From NCBI GenBank assembly GCA_951406725.2, contig OX597825.1, positions 74,152,001 through 74,216,000 on the forward strand: 64,000 nucleotides of DNA. Reading direction: 5' to 3'. This document shows positions 1-12,999 of the stretch, piece after piece. The translations under genes and the position numbers were made by a program. Origin of the DNA: Octopus vulgaris. Its lineage: Eukaryota. The notes under the pieces were generated by a model, which was given only the letters and a program-made list of their open reading frames with translations, had not been told where the DNA came from and did not search any database. Positions within the stretch are counted from its first letter, which is position 1; each line of letters begins with the position of its first letter.

Positions 1-126
1 CTCACTAACCGATTGGAGTTCAGTTTTATTGATACCTGAATGATAAATAGCGAAGTTGAGCTCGTGTGATTCGAACTCAAAATGTGAGCAATCGGATGCA
101 TATTTTGTTACAAATATTTTCAGTTG

Positions 127-360
127 AAGGTGGCGAGCTAGCAGAAACGTTAGGACGAAGGGCGAAATTCTTAGAGGTATTTCGTCTGCCGTTACGTTCT
201 GAGTTCAAATTCCGCCGAGGTCGACTTTGCCGTTCATCCTTTTCGGAGTCGATTAAATAAGTACCAGTTACGCACTGGGGTCGATGTAATCGAGTAAATC
301 TCTTTGTCTCTCCTAGTTTGTCCCCTCTATGTTTAGCCCGTTGTGGGCAATAAAAAAAAT
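127..360 (+). mobile_element. SINE family B, full-length copy (tail B1)
   Basis: Head aaggtggcgagctagcagaaacgttag, B-box-like gagttcaaattcc, central gactttgcc..tcatcctt..gtcgat.aaataagtaccag, and an A-rich tail. Near-identical copies occur at 24931, 37669 and 62690. Confidence 0.85.
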
Positions 361-967
361 ATTTCGAGTTGAGATATTTAGGGACAGGAGGTTAGCCGGT
401 TGAATTCATTTCAGTGTTTGACTAGTACGTTATTGTATCGCTCCCGGAAGGTGGTAAAATCAAAATTGGCCGTGTTCTGATTTGAGCTCAGAGCGGTAAT
501 ATCTTGCAAAGACACAACAACTGATATTTGAGATTATATCAACTCTGTATTTGATAAGTACTTTATTATTTCAGCCCTTGGATAATGAAATGCAAGCTGA
601 CCTAGCAGGATTTGAACCGAGAACGTAAAAATCCGGACGCAAGGTATTTTGTCCGACTTTCTAACGATTCTACTCACCCACAATCTCACGCCATATAAAT
701 TGTTTGTAATGTAAGCTAAAAGATCTGATGTTTTATACGGCCGAAATTCGCATAACCTTTTGAATGTAGCTGTTCATATTTGTAATGTCAACGAGATTCT
801 CATGTCTCACACATCCAAAAGAAATGTACCGTAATCGAGATTAAAATATTTATTATTCGATTCATCAACCAACATAATAATAAACAAGTTCCATATGCAT
901 AGGTCCAAGTAACGAATGCAAGCTACATGTACACGGAAGTTTTGATGTGTGTTATGTAAAATATGTG

Positions 968-1700
968 TGGAGGCGCAATGGCCCATTCGTTAGGGCAGCG
1001 GACTTGCGGTCGGAGTAACGCTGTTTCGATTCCCAGACCGGGCGTTGCGTGTGTTTATTGAGCGAAAACAAAGCTCCACGAGGCCCCGGCAGGGAGTGGA
1101 AGCGGCCCCTGGGATCTTTTCGGTTTGAACGGCAGTTTTCCTAGCGTGTCATATGAAATTGTCACCCATAATTATGACCCTAGTATCGATCTATTGCATT
1201 TCAATCTAATTTAGGGTTAGGGGTGGGGGAAGGGTATCTTTTTTTCTTCACAAATGTAAATAAACCCAATCTGCTTCGTAAACGAGGGACAAATTCATAC
1301 GGCACAGAATGTTTTTAACTCAATGGACGTCATCGATTGGTTGAAATTACAGAAATTGAAGAAAAAAGCCCGCAAATATCTTACAAACTATAGAATTTTC
1401 TCAATAAAGCCAAGAGAAAACGATGTTTTCTAAACACATTCTACCAGTATACGAAGTTTAAAATTTTTTAGTAACCTAAAAATTAGTTTAAAAACTGCCG
1501 TTCAAACCGAAAAGATCCGGCCCCTGTTATACTCTTTCGCCCCAACTTTCTCTCACTCTTTCTTCCTGTTTCTTGGATAACGTTGCGATGGACTGGCGTC
1601 TTGTCCAGCTGGGGGGAACAAATACGCCACAGAAACCAGGAAACTAGGCCCATGAGACTGGCTAGGCTTGATAAGGGCGCATAAATAATAAATAAAATGT
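968..1700 (+). mobile_element. SINE family C (tRNA-derived head), interrupted by a MITE
   Basis: Head ggcgcaatggcccattcgttagggcagcggacttgcggtc...gtttcgattccc has A/B-box-like motifs. The body resumes at 1519 after the MITE. Homologous copies lie at 27200-27496 and 31634-31949 on the minus strand. Confidence 0.85.
1112..1518. mobile_element. Non-autonomous DNA transposon (MITE), Merlin-like
   Basis: Perfect 28-bp TIRs: ggatcttttcggtttgaacggcagtttt (1112-1139) and its reverse complement (1491-1518). Perfect 8-bp TSD ggcccctg at 1104-1111 and 1519-1526. GG-starting TIRs with an 8-bp TSD fit the Merlin superfamily. Confidence 0.9.
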
Positions 1701-2699
1701 TAAATATGTAATTGTTTAACGTCAAATTGTCTAATCCGTTTTTTTGCTAAGGATTTCGATTTGTGGCTAAACCATTAATAATTTCGGTTGTGTCTTAACC
1801 CAAGGTTAGCCCAGGTCAGACAGATTTTTGAACAAGGATATCTCAGCTGTAACTATTACTTCTCTATTTCAAACATACTGTATATAGCCTACATTATTCA
1901 ATGCATTTTAACTGCTTTAAAAAAAACCCATCATATGTGACTGGAGAATTATTTGACTGCTGTTTCTGGAAGGTAAGCCAGCTATACAGATGATTAGTTG
2001 TTGGCAGGAGAAAACTTTGTATTATTGGCAAAGAGGATAAAGACGGAATTAACACATCGCTAGATTAATGGTCTCAGCGAGTTACTGAATAAATGATTAT
2101 CAAGCAGGGTGATTGATTTTTCCATCGATGTCTTCTAATGTGCTTCTGTGTTTGATTGGTTTTGTTGCTTAGTCTCATGCCAGATCTGAATAAGTAGATA
2201 TTTCATCATAAGAATTCTGGCAGTGTCCATCACAACTTTTGGAATATCGTGGTTTACTGTCTAATGTGACTTATAACATATTTTAGATGATGAGGTGTGA
2301 TTTAAGTTAAGCGAGGTTGTTATTTCTATCAAGTCGAACGAGTATGTAGACGATCTATCGTTGGTTAAGATAGTGAACTCTCTCTGTTAGACAGACCACC
2401 CGACTATACACACAAATGTTTGTATCTAGGTATATCTGTCAGACAGCTGTGCCCGTCTGCAGTAGAAAAAAAAAATAAAGTCTCCGAATTTCAGGACGGA
2501 GTTTTATGTACAAGAATAGATCGTTTGTCGCCCTTAATCAGATCATTTTTAAAGAGGGAGACAATAGCTTAGACAGAAAGAATAGCAGCACATTATGTTT
2601 GTTCTTCGAAATAACATGGAGGACATGCATAACAAAACGATCACCAGAATATACAGGAGTACATACTGGACAAATATAATAGAATATACCGTCTTTTAT

Positions 2700-3296
2700 A
2701 TCTTATCTTTCGCTTGTTTCAGTGTTTAGACTGTAGCCATGCTGGGTACTGCATTGAAGAATTTTTAGTTCAATGTATCGTTCCCTGTACTTTTAAAGCC
2801 TAGTCCTTATTCTATCGTTTTCTTTTGCCGAAATGTTAAGTTACAGGGACATAAACACGCTAGCACCAGTTGTCAAGCGTTAGTGAGGGATAAAGAAAGA
2901 CACACACCCACAGATATATTTCGTCTGCCTTTACGTTCTGATTTTAAATTCCGCCGAGGTCGACTTTGCCTTTAATCCTTTCGGGGTCGATAAATTAAGT
3001 ACCAGTTATGCACTGGGGTCGATGTATTCGGCTTAATCCCTTTGTCTGTCCGTGTTTGTCCTCTCTATGTTTAGCACCTTGTGGGCAATAAAGAAATAAC
3101 ACATCCACAGATACATAAATATATACATATATATGACGGGCTTTTTTCAGTCTCCGCCTATCAAATCTTCTCACAAGGCTTTGATCGGCCCGACGAGGCT
3201 ACAATATAAGACACTTGCCCAAGGTGCCACGTAGTGAGACTGAACCCAGAACCATATGATTAGGAAGCAAGCTTCTTACCACACAGCCACGCCTGA
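2700..3296 (-). mobile_element. SINE family A carrying a nested family B copy
   Basis: Reverse complement of ggcgtggctgtgtggtaagaagcttgctt...ccttgggcaagtgtctt.... The 3' half lies at 2700-2900. Confidence 0.8.
2917..3098 (+). mobile_element. 5'-truncated SINE B with ~15-bp TSD
   Basis: Matches the family B body and tail. Flanked by acacacccacagata (2902-2916) and acacatccacagata (3099-3113). Confidence 0.85.
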
Positions 3297-3828
3297 TATA
3301 TATATCCACACTATTAAACTAAAACACATGAAAATGCAACTGAATAAGCGATTGTACTGTGATATAGGTCTCGCCTACGTTGAGACTCGGTCTTATCGCG
3401 AATTTGAATTTGTAGATTACGTCTAATCTTTCGGCTGACACGCTGCATACGATAGGACTACAGTTCAGGCGTAATATGAGGCTGAACAATAACTAAAATT
3501 TCAAAAGGATTGTAAGGCAAATACGAAGGAAAATGATTGACATATTACATAAGGATAGGTATCAAAGTTCATAATATTATTGTATATGTATTATAGGACA
3601 CTTCACAGTTTCGTAATTATTTTCGAAATGTGATATCCACCGTATTGCTCGAAAAAGTAAAATTATTTATTAATTGCTTGATATTATTTTTTACTGAAAC
3701 AATTGATGAATATATTTAAGCCTGGTTAACCATGCCTGATTGGCGAAGGTATATGATAAATACGCGTTATAGAAAGGGAAGAGCGAGCGAGAGATGGCTA
3801 TATAGATAGATAAATGATAGATAGATAT

Positions 3829-3960
3829 GTTTCTTTATTAGCCACAAGGGGCTGAACACAGACGGGACAAATTACAAAGCAGAGCTTTTCTTTTTGGGGA
3901 GGAAAGAAAAAGTGCGGTAGGTTTTCGATCAAAAGGGTTCGTAAAAAGGAAAGAAAAAAA
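3829..3960 (-). mobile_element. 3' end sharing the SINE B1 tail (candidate LINE 3' UTR)
   Basis: Minus strand reads tttgtcccgtctgtgttcagccccttgtggctaataaagaaa, matching the B1 tail, but the upstream sequence is unrelated to the SINE B body. Confidence 0.55.
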
Positions 3961-4465
<505 letters not shown>

Positions 4466-4689
4466 GGATCGTCGAGGTTGTGACAATTTCATATTACCAG
4501 CTATAAGTTTTAGGTCTATTGCTCACAGCCGCCATTGAAGCTACAAAGAAAGCAATTCATTCTTGTCCGATCTTTTCCCTTGAGAGGCTGATATAAGTGA
4601 ATAAGTGGTTTATCCATACATCAGTCATACTTTCATGTTTACAGTTGACATAATCCGTTTCGCGGAAAGATTCGATATACATCTATGCA

Positions 4690-4807
4690 TATGCATGAGT
4701 GTGTGTATGTGTGTATGTACATGCGTGTGTATGTGTGTGTATGTGTGTATATACACTGGAATAATCCATAAGCTGATATTGTGTTCATGTGTGTGTGCAT
4801 ATATATC

Positions 4808-4860
<53 letters not shown>

Positions 4861-5199
4861 TTATATATATATATATATTTATATGTATATATATATATAT
4901 TGATATATGAGAAATAAACATATTTGAAATAGTACATTTTATAGGCGTGTATATACTACATATATGTATAAGAGTATATGTACGTATATATATATATATA
5001 TATATATACATATATATCAATATATATATATATATGTACATATATATCAATATATATATATATATATATATACATATATATCTTTACATATCTATACATA
5101 TGTAACCATATGTAAGTATGCATATGAGTATATATATGCATATGTATATATACATATATATATAAACATATACATGTATATATATGTATATGTATTTAT

Positions 5200-5284
<85 letters not shown>

Positions 5285-5370
5285 AATATGTATATATATA
5301 TATAAATATACATGCAAAAACATAAACGTACACACACACACACACACACAGAGACATACACATACATGTG
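4690..5370. repeat. (TA)n/(CA)n/(TG)n microsatellite block
   Basis: Seen directly. Confidence 0.95.
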
Positions 5371-5737
5371 TAAAAATTCAGCAATATAAACGTTTACATT
5401 TTCGAATCTAACTGTTTGCATTATGCTTCATTGTATATATTTTTCGCTTTCTGTCAGACACATAGACTTTGCTTTAGTGTTTGAAGACCACGTAAATATC
5501 ACAAATTTATCAAATGTTCCGTGTGAAGTATTATCTGGCATCAACAAATACAACAATACTGACACTAACATTTATAACTGTGATATATGGCATATATCTA
5601 AGTAAATACATACTCGAGCTCTACCTAGTATATTGAAATGCTCGAGAAGTATGCCCATGTTTATCAGAATGTGAGTGTGTTAACATATATACGTATATGT
5701 ATAGAGTGTGTGTGGTGTGTCTGTCTGCGTGCGAGTG

Positions 5738-5774
<37 letters not shown>

Positions 5775-5854
5775 ATATAAATAATATATAAATATATGCA
5801 TATATACCTACATGTATGTACGTGCCTACATATATATGTATAGATACATGCATA

Positions 5855-6115
5855 TATGGGTACTGGACATCAAAAAAACGTTGAACACAATGAGAAACGA
5901 AAAGGTAAAAACAAAAAAACAGAAACGAAGATTTTTTCAAACAACGAGAAAAGCAGTGAAACGTGATATACAACATATAGAATATTTCCCTTCTTCAGTT
6001 GTCCCTGTCTCATCTTCTCCGCATTCGGAGGTAAGGACAAGACGGGGCTTCGTTGAAACAGTCCTTCCCGCAAATTAAATTATATAAAATTAGAGATTTT
6101 TTGCGGCGGGTTAAA
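5855..6115 (-). mobile_element. Dispersed repeat fragment, probably a PLE-derived non-coding end
   Basis: Homologous to 27500-27730 and 9165-9265 (shared cccttc(a/t)tcagttgtc and following blocks). Carries a ctga(a/t)gaaggg motif on the minus strand. Confidence 0.45.
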
Positions 6116-6251
6116 GTGGTAACAAGAACAGAACAATGAGAACAAAACAATAAAAACAAACGATGACGGTTGTTGAGCCAAGATGATGGAAAAATTATTC
6201 TAAAAGTTTAAGTAAACGAGCTTATGAAGAGACAGGATAAGCCCTGTCTCA

Positions 6252-6300
<49 letters not shown>

Positions 6301-6303
<3 letters not shown>

Positions 6304-6480
6304 TGAGAACTTACAAAAGCACAAAAGACGAAGACGAGTGTATAAACAACAAGCAGATGTATTAGTTTAACGCTCGGGAAGTTGAGAAAGTATTTCGAGC
6401 CTACGCTCTTCGACAGAAAGGAACACAGAAATAAACAAGGAAAGAAAATATAAAAGGTTTAGTGGTTCTGGTTAGCGATC
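6301..6480 (-). mobile_element. Short ~175-bp repeat with degenerate hammerhead motif, abutting (TA)n
   Basis: Reverse complement of the 32695-32866 element. The minus strand reads ctgtcga-agagc-gtag-gctc-gaaata. Confidence 0.7.
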
Positions 6481-6497
6481 TCTTTCTCTCTCTCTGC

Positions 6498-6571
<74 letters not shown>

Positions 6572-7023
6572 GTATATATACATGTACACATAAAGTATAT
6601 GCGCAAGGCCTGAAATTTGAAGGAAAGGGATCAGTCGATTTCATCGACCACAGTGCGTAACTGGTACTTAATTTATCTTCCCCGAAAGGATGAAACCCGC
6701 AGCTGTTGATATGTGTATATATACATACATATAAACATATATACAGGTGTGTGCACATATGTATAAGTTTATACATAGGTGTGTGTGTGTATGTGTTTTC
6801 ATGTTTGTGAGTGTATAAATATTTCTACGAAAATGTGTACATTCATACATACACACACACACGCATACAAATACACACACACTCACACGCACATATGCAT
6901 ATCCATATGCACAAATGCATTTATATTTATTGATACACAGGGTTATCAAAACAACGACCTTTAAGGACTTGGTTGTATTCCAATTATCAAGAAAACATAT
7001 ACATAAAAATGAAACAAAAGGTA

Positions 7024-7029
<6 letters not shown>

Positions 7030-7063
<34 letters not shown>

Positions 7064-7084
7064 GTGTCTGTGTCTGTGTGTATG

Positions 7085-7119
<35 letters not shown>

Positions 7120-7234
7120 AGTGTGTGTTTACAAACACACATATTTCTATATGTCTGTCTGTGTGTGTCCTATATATTTAAATATGAAATATATGTATGT
7201 TTGTCTCTCTCTTTATCTATCTATCCTATCTTTA

Positions 7235-7320
<86 letters not shown>

Positions 7321-7385
7321 GCTATCTATCTATATGTATGTATCTATGTAACTATGTATCGATGTATGTATGCATGTATGCATAA
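7030..7385. repeat. (TG)n/(TA)n/(TATC)n microsatellites
   Basis: Seen directly. Confidence 0.95.
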
Positions 7386-7729
7386 AGATAGAACTCAAGT
7401 GTAAATTATATATTCTATCGTAGAATGCCTCAAAGCTCGTATGAAAAATTGAACTTCAAGATGGAAAAAATACAGACGCAAGAAAGAATATGCACAAATC
7501 TACATACAATGCACGTGCACAAAGCACATAGACACATGTATAATATATAGAAATCTACGCTTCCCTTTAGAGATGTGCCAAAGTTAGTTGGATATTGCTA
7601 GATCTACTGACGCCATTGCAAGATGAAATATCAACATTACACAGAAGAATATCACTCGTGTATTTGTGTATTTATTAGTTTCATGAAATTGCCTAGTGTT
7701 AACAACATACAACGGATACAAGCACTTAT

Positions 7730-7740
7730 ATTATATATAA

Positions 7741-7789
<49 letters not shown>

Positions 7790-8043
7790 TAGGTAAATAG
7801 ATAGAGAGATAGAGAGATAGATGTATGCATATATATATAAATATACATACACCTACACACACAAACACACACGTACATATATATATATATATACACAAAT
7901 CTATATAAGCATATACGCTTACAAGTAGATATATGTGTATATGTATATATATATATCAATATGTGGTGTGTGTGGACATATCATATATATAATAGGAATT
8001 AATATATGAATCTATGTGTATGCTCAGTAGAGAAACCCATACT

Positions 8044-8076
<33 letters not shown>

Positions 8077-8081
8077 ATGTA

Positions 8082-8134
<53 letters not shown>

Positions 8135-8731
8135 ATATATACATATACATTTATATATACCTACATATATGAACACCTATATATATATATATATACACAT
8201 ATGTTTGTACGTACATTTAAATATATATATATATATTTATGTGTGTGTGTATATGTATATATATACGTATATATATATATATACATCTGTATATATATAT
8301 GTATATATATCTATATATATATATACATAGATGCCTACATACATACATATACATGAATACATATGTATGTATATACACGCTCACAGACACACGTACACAC
8401 ACTTATAAATATTCCGGGTGTCTGAGAGTGAAAGAAAGAAAGAAACGCGACACGGGGGAGTCTGCTTGGTAAGCAGGGAGGTGTCTCTCTGTTTATTGAG
8501 AATTTTCTAATATGTGACCTTTAAGCAATTTTCCTGTATATTACATTTCAACATTTAATATTACCTATTGATATTGATAGGGGTATATTCCTTCTCCAAA
8601 GATTGAATGAAAACGTTTTATTTTTTACATCTATTTTCTTAAATACATTAACCCTTAACATTTCTCTCTCTCTTTCCTTCTCTCTCAGTCTTTCTCTTCG
8701 CATCTACATATATCTGATATATATCGTATCC

Positions 8732-8817
<86 letters not shown>

Positions 8818-8973
8818 CGAGAGAGAGAGAGATACATATATATGAATACATATAAATCTATTTATCTGTCTGTCTTTATATATATGTATTGTGTTATCAA
8901 CCAGACTATGGGATGATGCACATGTCCATATGCACATATATACGTGTATATATATATGTATATATATATATAA

Positions 8974-9022
<49 letters not shown>

Positions 9023-9110
9023 CATAAATACATATATATATATACATATATATAAATACATATATATATACATATATATAAATATATATATACATATGTG
9101 TGTGTATGTG
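7730..9110. repeat. TA-rich microsatellite cluster
   Basis: Seen directly; interrupted by short unique stretches. Confidence 0.9.
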
Positions 9111-9488
9111 TCTCTGCGTCTGTGTATATTTCCATATATGGGTGCAGGACGTCACCAACTGTGTAAGCAACATTAAGTACGTAAACAAACGAGTTAAATA
9201 CGAGAACACCAAGAGATAAAAATGGAAAACGTGACAAGTAAACAGAGAAATGACCCTTCAGGATTTGTCGTAAAATAATAACTGAATATTAAAAATTTAA
9301 GGAGCAAAAAATTAAGGAATAAAATTATAATTTAAGGAATAAAAACTCATGGAATAAAAATTTAATGAAAAAAACATATAGGGAAAAAAAGTCATCTTAG
9401 GGAAAAACATTTAAGGAAAAAAATGTTATTTTTATTTATTATTTGAATTTTTATTCCTTTGTACATGTTAACTAAGATTATATTTAAG

Positions 9489-9926
9489 ATTTACGCTAAG
9501 TTGCAGAAAGTGAATGGAGAGGAGTGTATGAGCCGTATACAAATGTACGAGTGGTTCAGACGTTTCCAAGATGGCAGAAAATATGTGCCAAAACTGCTTT
9601 CAGCTGACCAAAACAAGACTCGGGTTTCAGTTGTTTAAAGAACGATAAAAACTTGTTGAAAAGTTTGCGTAGATCTCTGTTTGCGTTTGGCGAAATTTTA
9701 TGTCGATTCTCTGCTCACATTTCTCTGTCATTGTCAATACGATAATCACACGCTACACACCTTCCTTCCAAGCACTACCTTAAATAGTGGAAGTCAGCTA
9801 GAACATTAAAACTTTTTGCGCATTCACAACAGCGTTGATGGTCAATCTTTGCCAAGCAGTTCACACTGCGTGCTTTAGCTTCGTTCCTATGGTCACAGTC
9901 CGTATACTTATTGATAAGAGCACGTA
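9489..9926. mobile_element. Rearranged mariner transposon relic
   Basis: Plus strand 9489-9632 reads IYAKLQKVNGEECMSRIQMYEWFRRFQDGRKYVPKLLSADQNKTRVSV (mariner HTH fused to the WVP-type linker). Minus strand from 9731 reads MTEKCEQRIDIKFRQTQTEIYAN. A mariner-type TIR tacgtgctcttatcaataagtatacggactg ends at 9926. Confidence 0.8.
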
Positions 9927-10799
9927 TTCCCTATACTTCAAGGTTAATACCTTTTCGTCAGGAGTAAATATAGTATAGAATTAATGTTTAGTTAATATGT
10001 ATGGGAAAGGGATGTGTTACAACAACCAATTTGCTGCATATAATTGTCATCTGTTGTTGATAAATCACTTCTCGTTATTTTATGAGGATAGTTTCTTTGG
10101 TCCTCAAATTGCCGATATTACACTCTTCTGACTGGGCAGTAAGCGTTTAAATCCTGGACGCAGAACTTGGGGAGTTTGTGCGTGCATATATGTATGTGTG
10201 TCTATGCCTATATACATATATGAATGGGGAATCTCGAAGCAGATAAAGCTATATTATAGTGCTAGGGTGTAAATATTGGTTTAAAAAATCATTTCCATAG
10301 AAAAAGTCGAACTCTCTACTACAACTTCAAATGCATATATACATACATAACTATATACATAAATATGTATACATATGTGTGTGTCTGTATATGTATGTAT
10401 CCATGCGTATGTACGTATGTATGTTTAAGACACAAAGAATTGATACATCGCAGGAAGTAAGGAAATATATGTGACGTTGTTTTCAACAAAAGACTGAAAA
10501 AATATAAATTTTATCTCAGTAGATAAGGGAAAATTTAAATATGATCAGAGAGAAATTGTAAATAAAAATTTGATTAAAATGTTCAATGGTATCTGTAAGT
10601 TGAATGCCGGCATAAATTGATCAATAGTTGATCTATGGTGATTAAGATCAGGGTGGACGAACTTTTGGAAAGTATCGAAAGCGTTCGATATTTGGACAGT
10701 CTTCAAGTATTGATTTTTTTTTGTTTTTGATGGGTATCATATATCAGGACTCGCTAGGAAAATAAAGGAAAATATTCATTTAAATATTCATCATTCTCG

Positions 10800-11818
10800 A
10801 TGATAATGGCGATGACGATGATGATGATGATGGAGATGATGGTGACGACGGTGATGATGATGATGATGATGATGATGGTGATGGTGATGGTGATGATGAT
10901 GATGATGATGATGCTGATGCTGATGATGATGATGATGATGGTGATGATGGTGATGATGATGATGATGATGATGATGGTAATGGTCATAGTGATGATGATG
11001 ATGGTGATGGTGAGGGTGATGATGATGATAGTGCTGCTGATGCTAATGATGATTATGATGAAGATGATGATGATGGTGATGACGATGATGGTAATGGTGA
11101 TGGTGATGATGATGATGGTGACGGTGATGATGATGCTGATGATGATTATGATGGAGATGATGATGATGGTGATGATGACGACGACGATGACGACGACGAC
11201 GATGATGATGATGATGATAGCAGTGATGATGATGATAGCAGTGATCGTGATGATAGTAATGATGATGATGGTGATGATGACGGCAGTGGCATTGGTGTTG
11301 TTGGTGATGATGATGATGATGATGATGATGACGACAACGAAGACGATGAGGAGGACGAAGATCATGAGGACGGAGACAATGTAGACGACGACGACTATAT
11401 CAGTGATGGCTTAGACGTCGATTAAGAGCGACGCTGGAAATGATGCTGGTGAAAACGACAGCATCGTCGATGGAGAAAACTATGCTGATAAGGATAACAA
11501 CTGATGACGACAGCAGTGGCACTGGTGAGGTTGATTATGACGAAGACGATGACGACGATGATGATGACGATGATGATGATGATGATGATGATGGTGATGG
11601 TGATGGTGATGATGATGATGATGATGATGCTGATGCTGATGATGATGATGATGATGGTGATGATGGTGATGATGATGATGATGATGATGATGGTAATGGT
11701 CATAGTGATGATGATGATGGTGATGGTGAGGGTGATGATGATGATAGTGCTGCTGATGCTAATGATGATTATGATGAAGATGATGATGATGATGACGATG
11801 ACGTAATGGTGATGATGA

Positions 11819-11850
<32 letters not shown>

Positions 11851-11911
11851 ATGATGGTGATGCTGCTGATGATGATGATGGTGATGGCGATGATGATGAT
11901 GATGGTGGTGG

Positions 11912-11943
<32 letters not shown>

Positions 11944-12218
11944 GTGTTGGTGTTGTTGGTGATGATGATGATGATGATGATGATAACAACGATGATGATA
12001 ATGATGACGAAGATCATGTGATGATGATGATGATGATGATGATATATGAGTGATGACGGCAGTGGTATTGGTGTTGCTTGGTGATGATGATGATGACAAC
12101 GACGAAGACGACGAGGTGGACGAAGATCATGCTGATAACGGATAACAACGTAGATGACGACAGCAGTGGCACTGGTGAGGTTGATTATGACGAAGACGAT
12201 GACGACGATGATGATGAC

Positions 12219-12309
<91 letters not shown>

Positions 12310-12475
12310 AGAGCAGCGATGGCGAACATTATGACAAACGACAAAGACGATGTTGATGGTGATGATGGTGATCAGAACGACGGCGATACGATAATGATGA
12401 TGACAATGTTGTTGTTGATGATGATGATGATGAGAATGAGTATGATGGCGATGATGATGATAATGATGATGATCT
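10800..12475. repeat. Degenerate (GAT)n trinucleotide array with internal block duplications
   Basis: GAT/GGT/GAC/GCT triplets. Identical blocks recur at offsets of 716 bp and 650 bp. Confidence 0.95.
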
Positions 12476-12560
12476 AAGAATTTCCTAAATGCTTTGATAA
12501 TCAAAATACAGTCTGGTAACTGAACGTTTTCCTTGTACGTTTTGCAGCAATAGTTCGCAA

Positions 12561-12723
12561 GGCGCAGGTATGGTGTGTGGTAAGTAGCTTGCTTACGAAC
12601 CACATGGCTCCGGGTTCAGTCCCACTGCGTGGCACGTTGGGCAAGTGTCTTCTACTATAACCTCGCGCCGACCAAAGCCTTGTGAGTGGATTTGGTAGGC
12701 GGAAACTGAAAGAAGCCCGTCGC

Positions 12724-12783
<60 letters not shown>

Positions 12784-12999
12784 TTGTGTGTCTGTGTTTG
12801 TCCCGCAACATCGCTTGACAACCGATGCGCGTTGTGTTTACGTCTCAGTAACTTAGCGGTTCGGGGAAAGAGACCGATAGAATAAGTACTAGGCTTACAA
12901 AGAATAAGTCCTGGGGTCGATTTGCTCGAGCAAAGGCTGTGCTCCAGCATGGCCACAGTCAAATGACTGAAACAAGTAAAAGAGAGTAAAGAGTAAAAG
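12561..12999 (+). mobile_element. SINE family A, full-length
   Basis: tRNA-like head (ggttcagtccc), CORE-like ttgggcaagtgtctt, internal (TA)n(TG)n, and tail gactgaaacaagtaaaagag(taaaaga)n. Confidence 0.9.

Noticed and set aside
1211-1223. Interstitial telomere
   Set aside because: Only two TTAGGG units, and they are internal to the MITE.
10754-12603. Poly-Met, poly-Ile, poly-His, poly-Asp and poly-Ser ORFs
   Set aside because: These are alternative frames of a (GAT)n array, with no consistent frame, domain or splice evidence.
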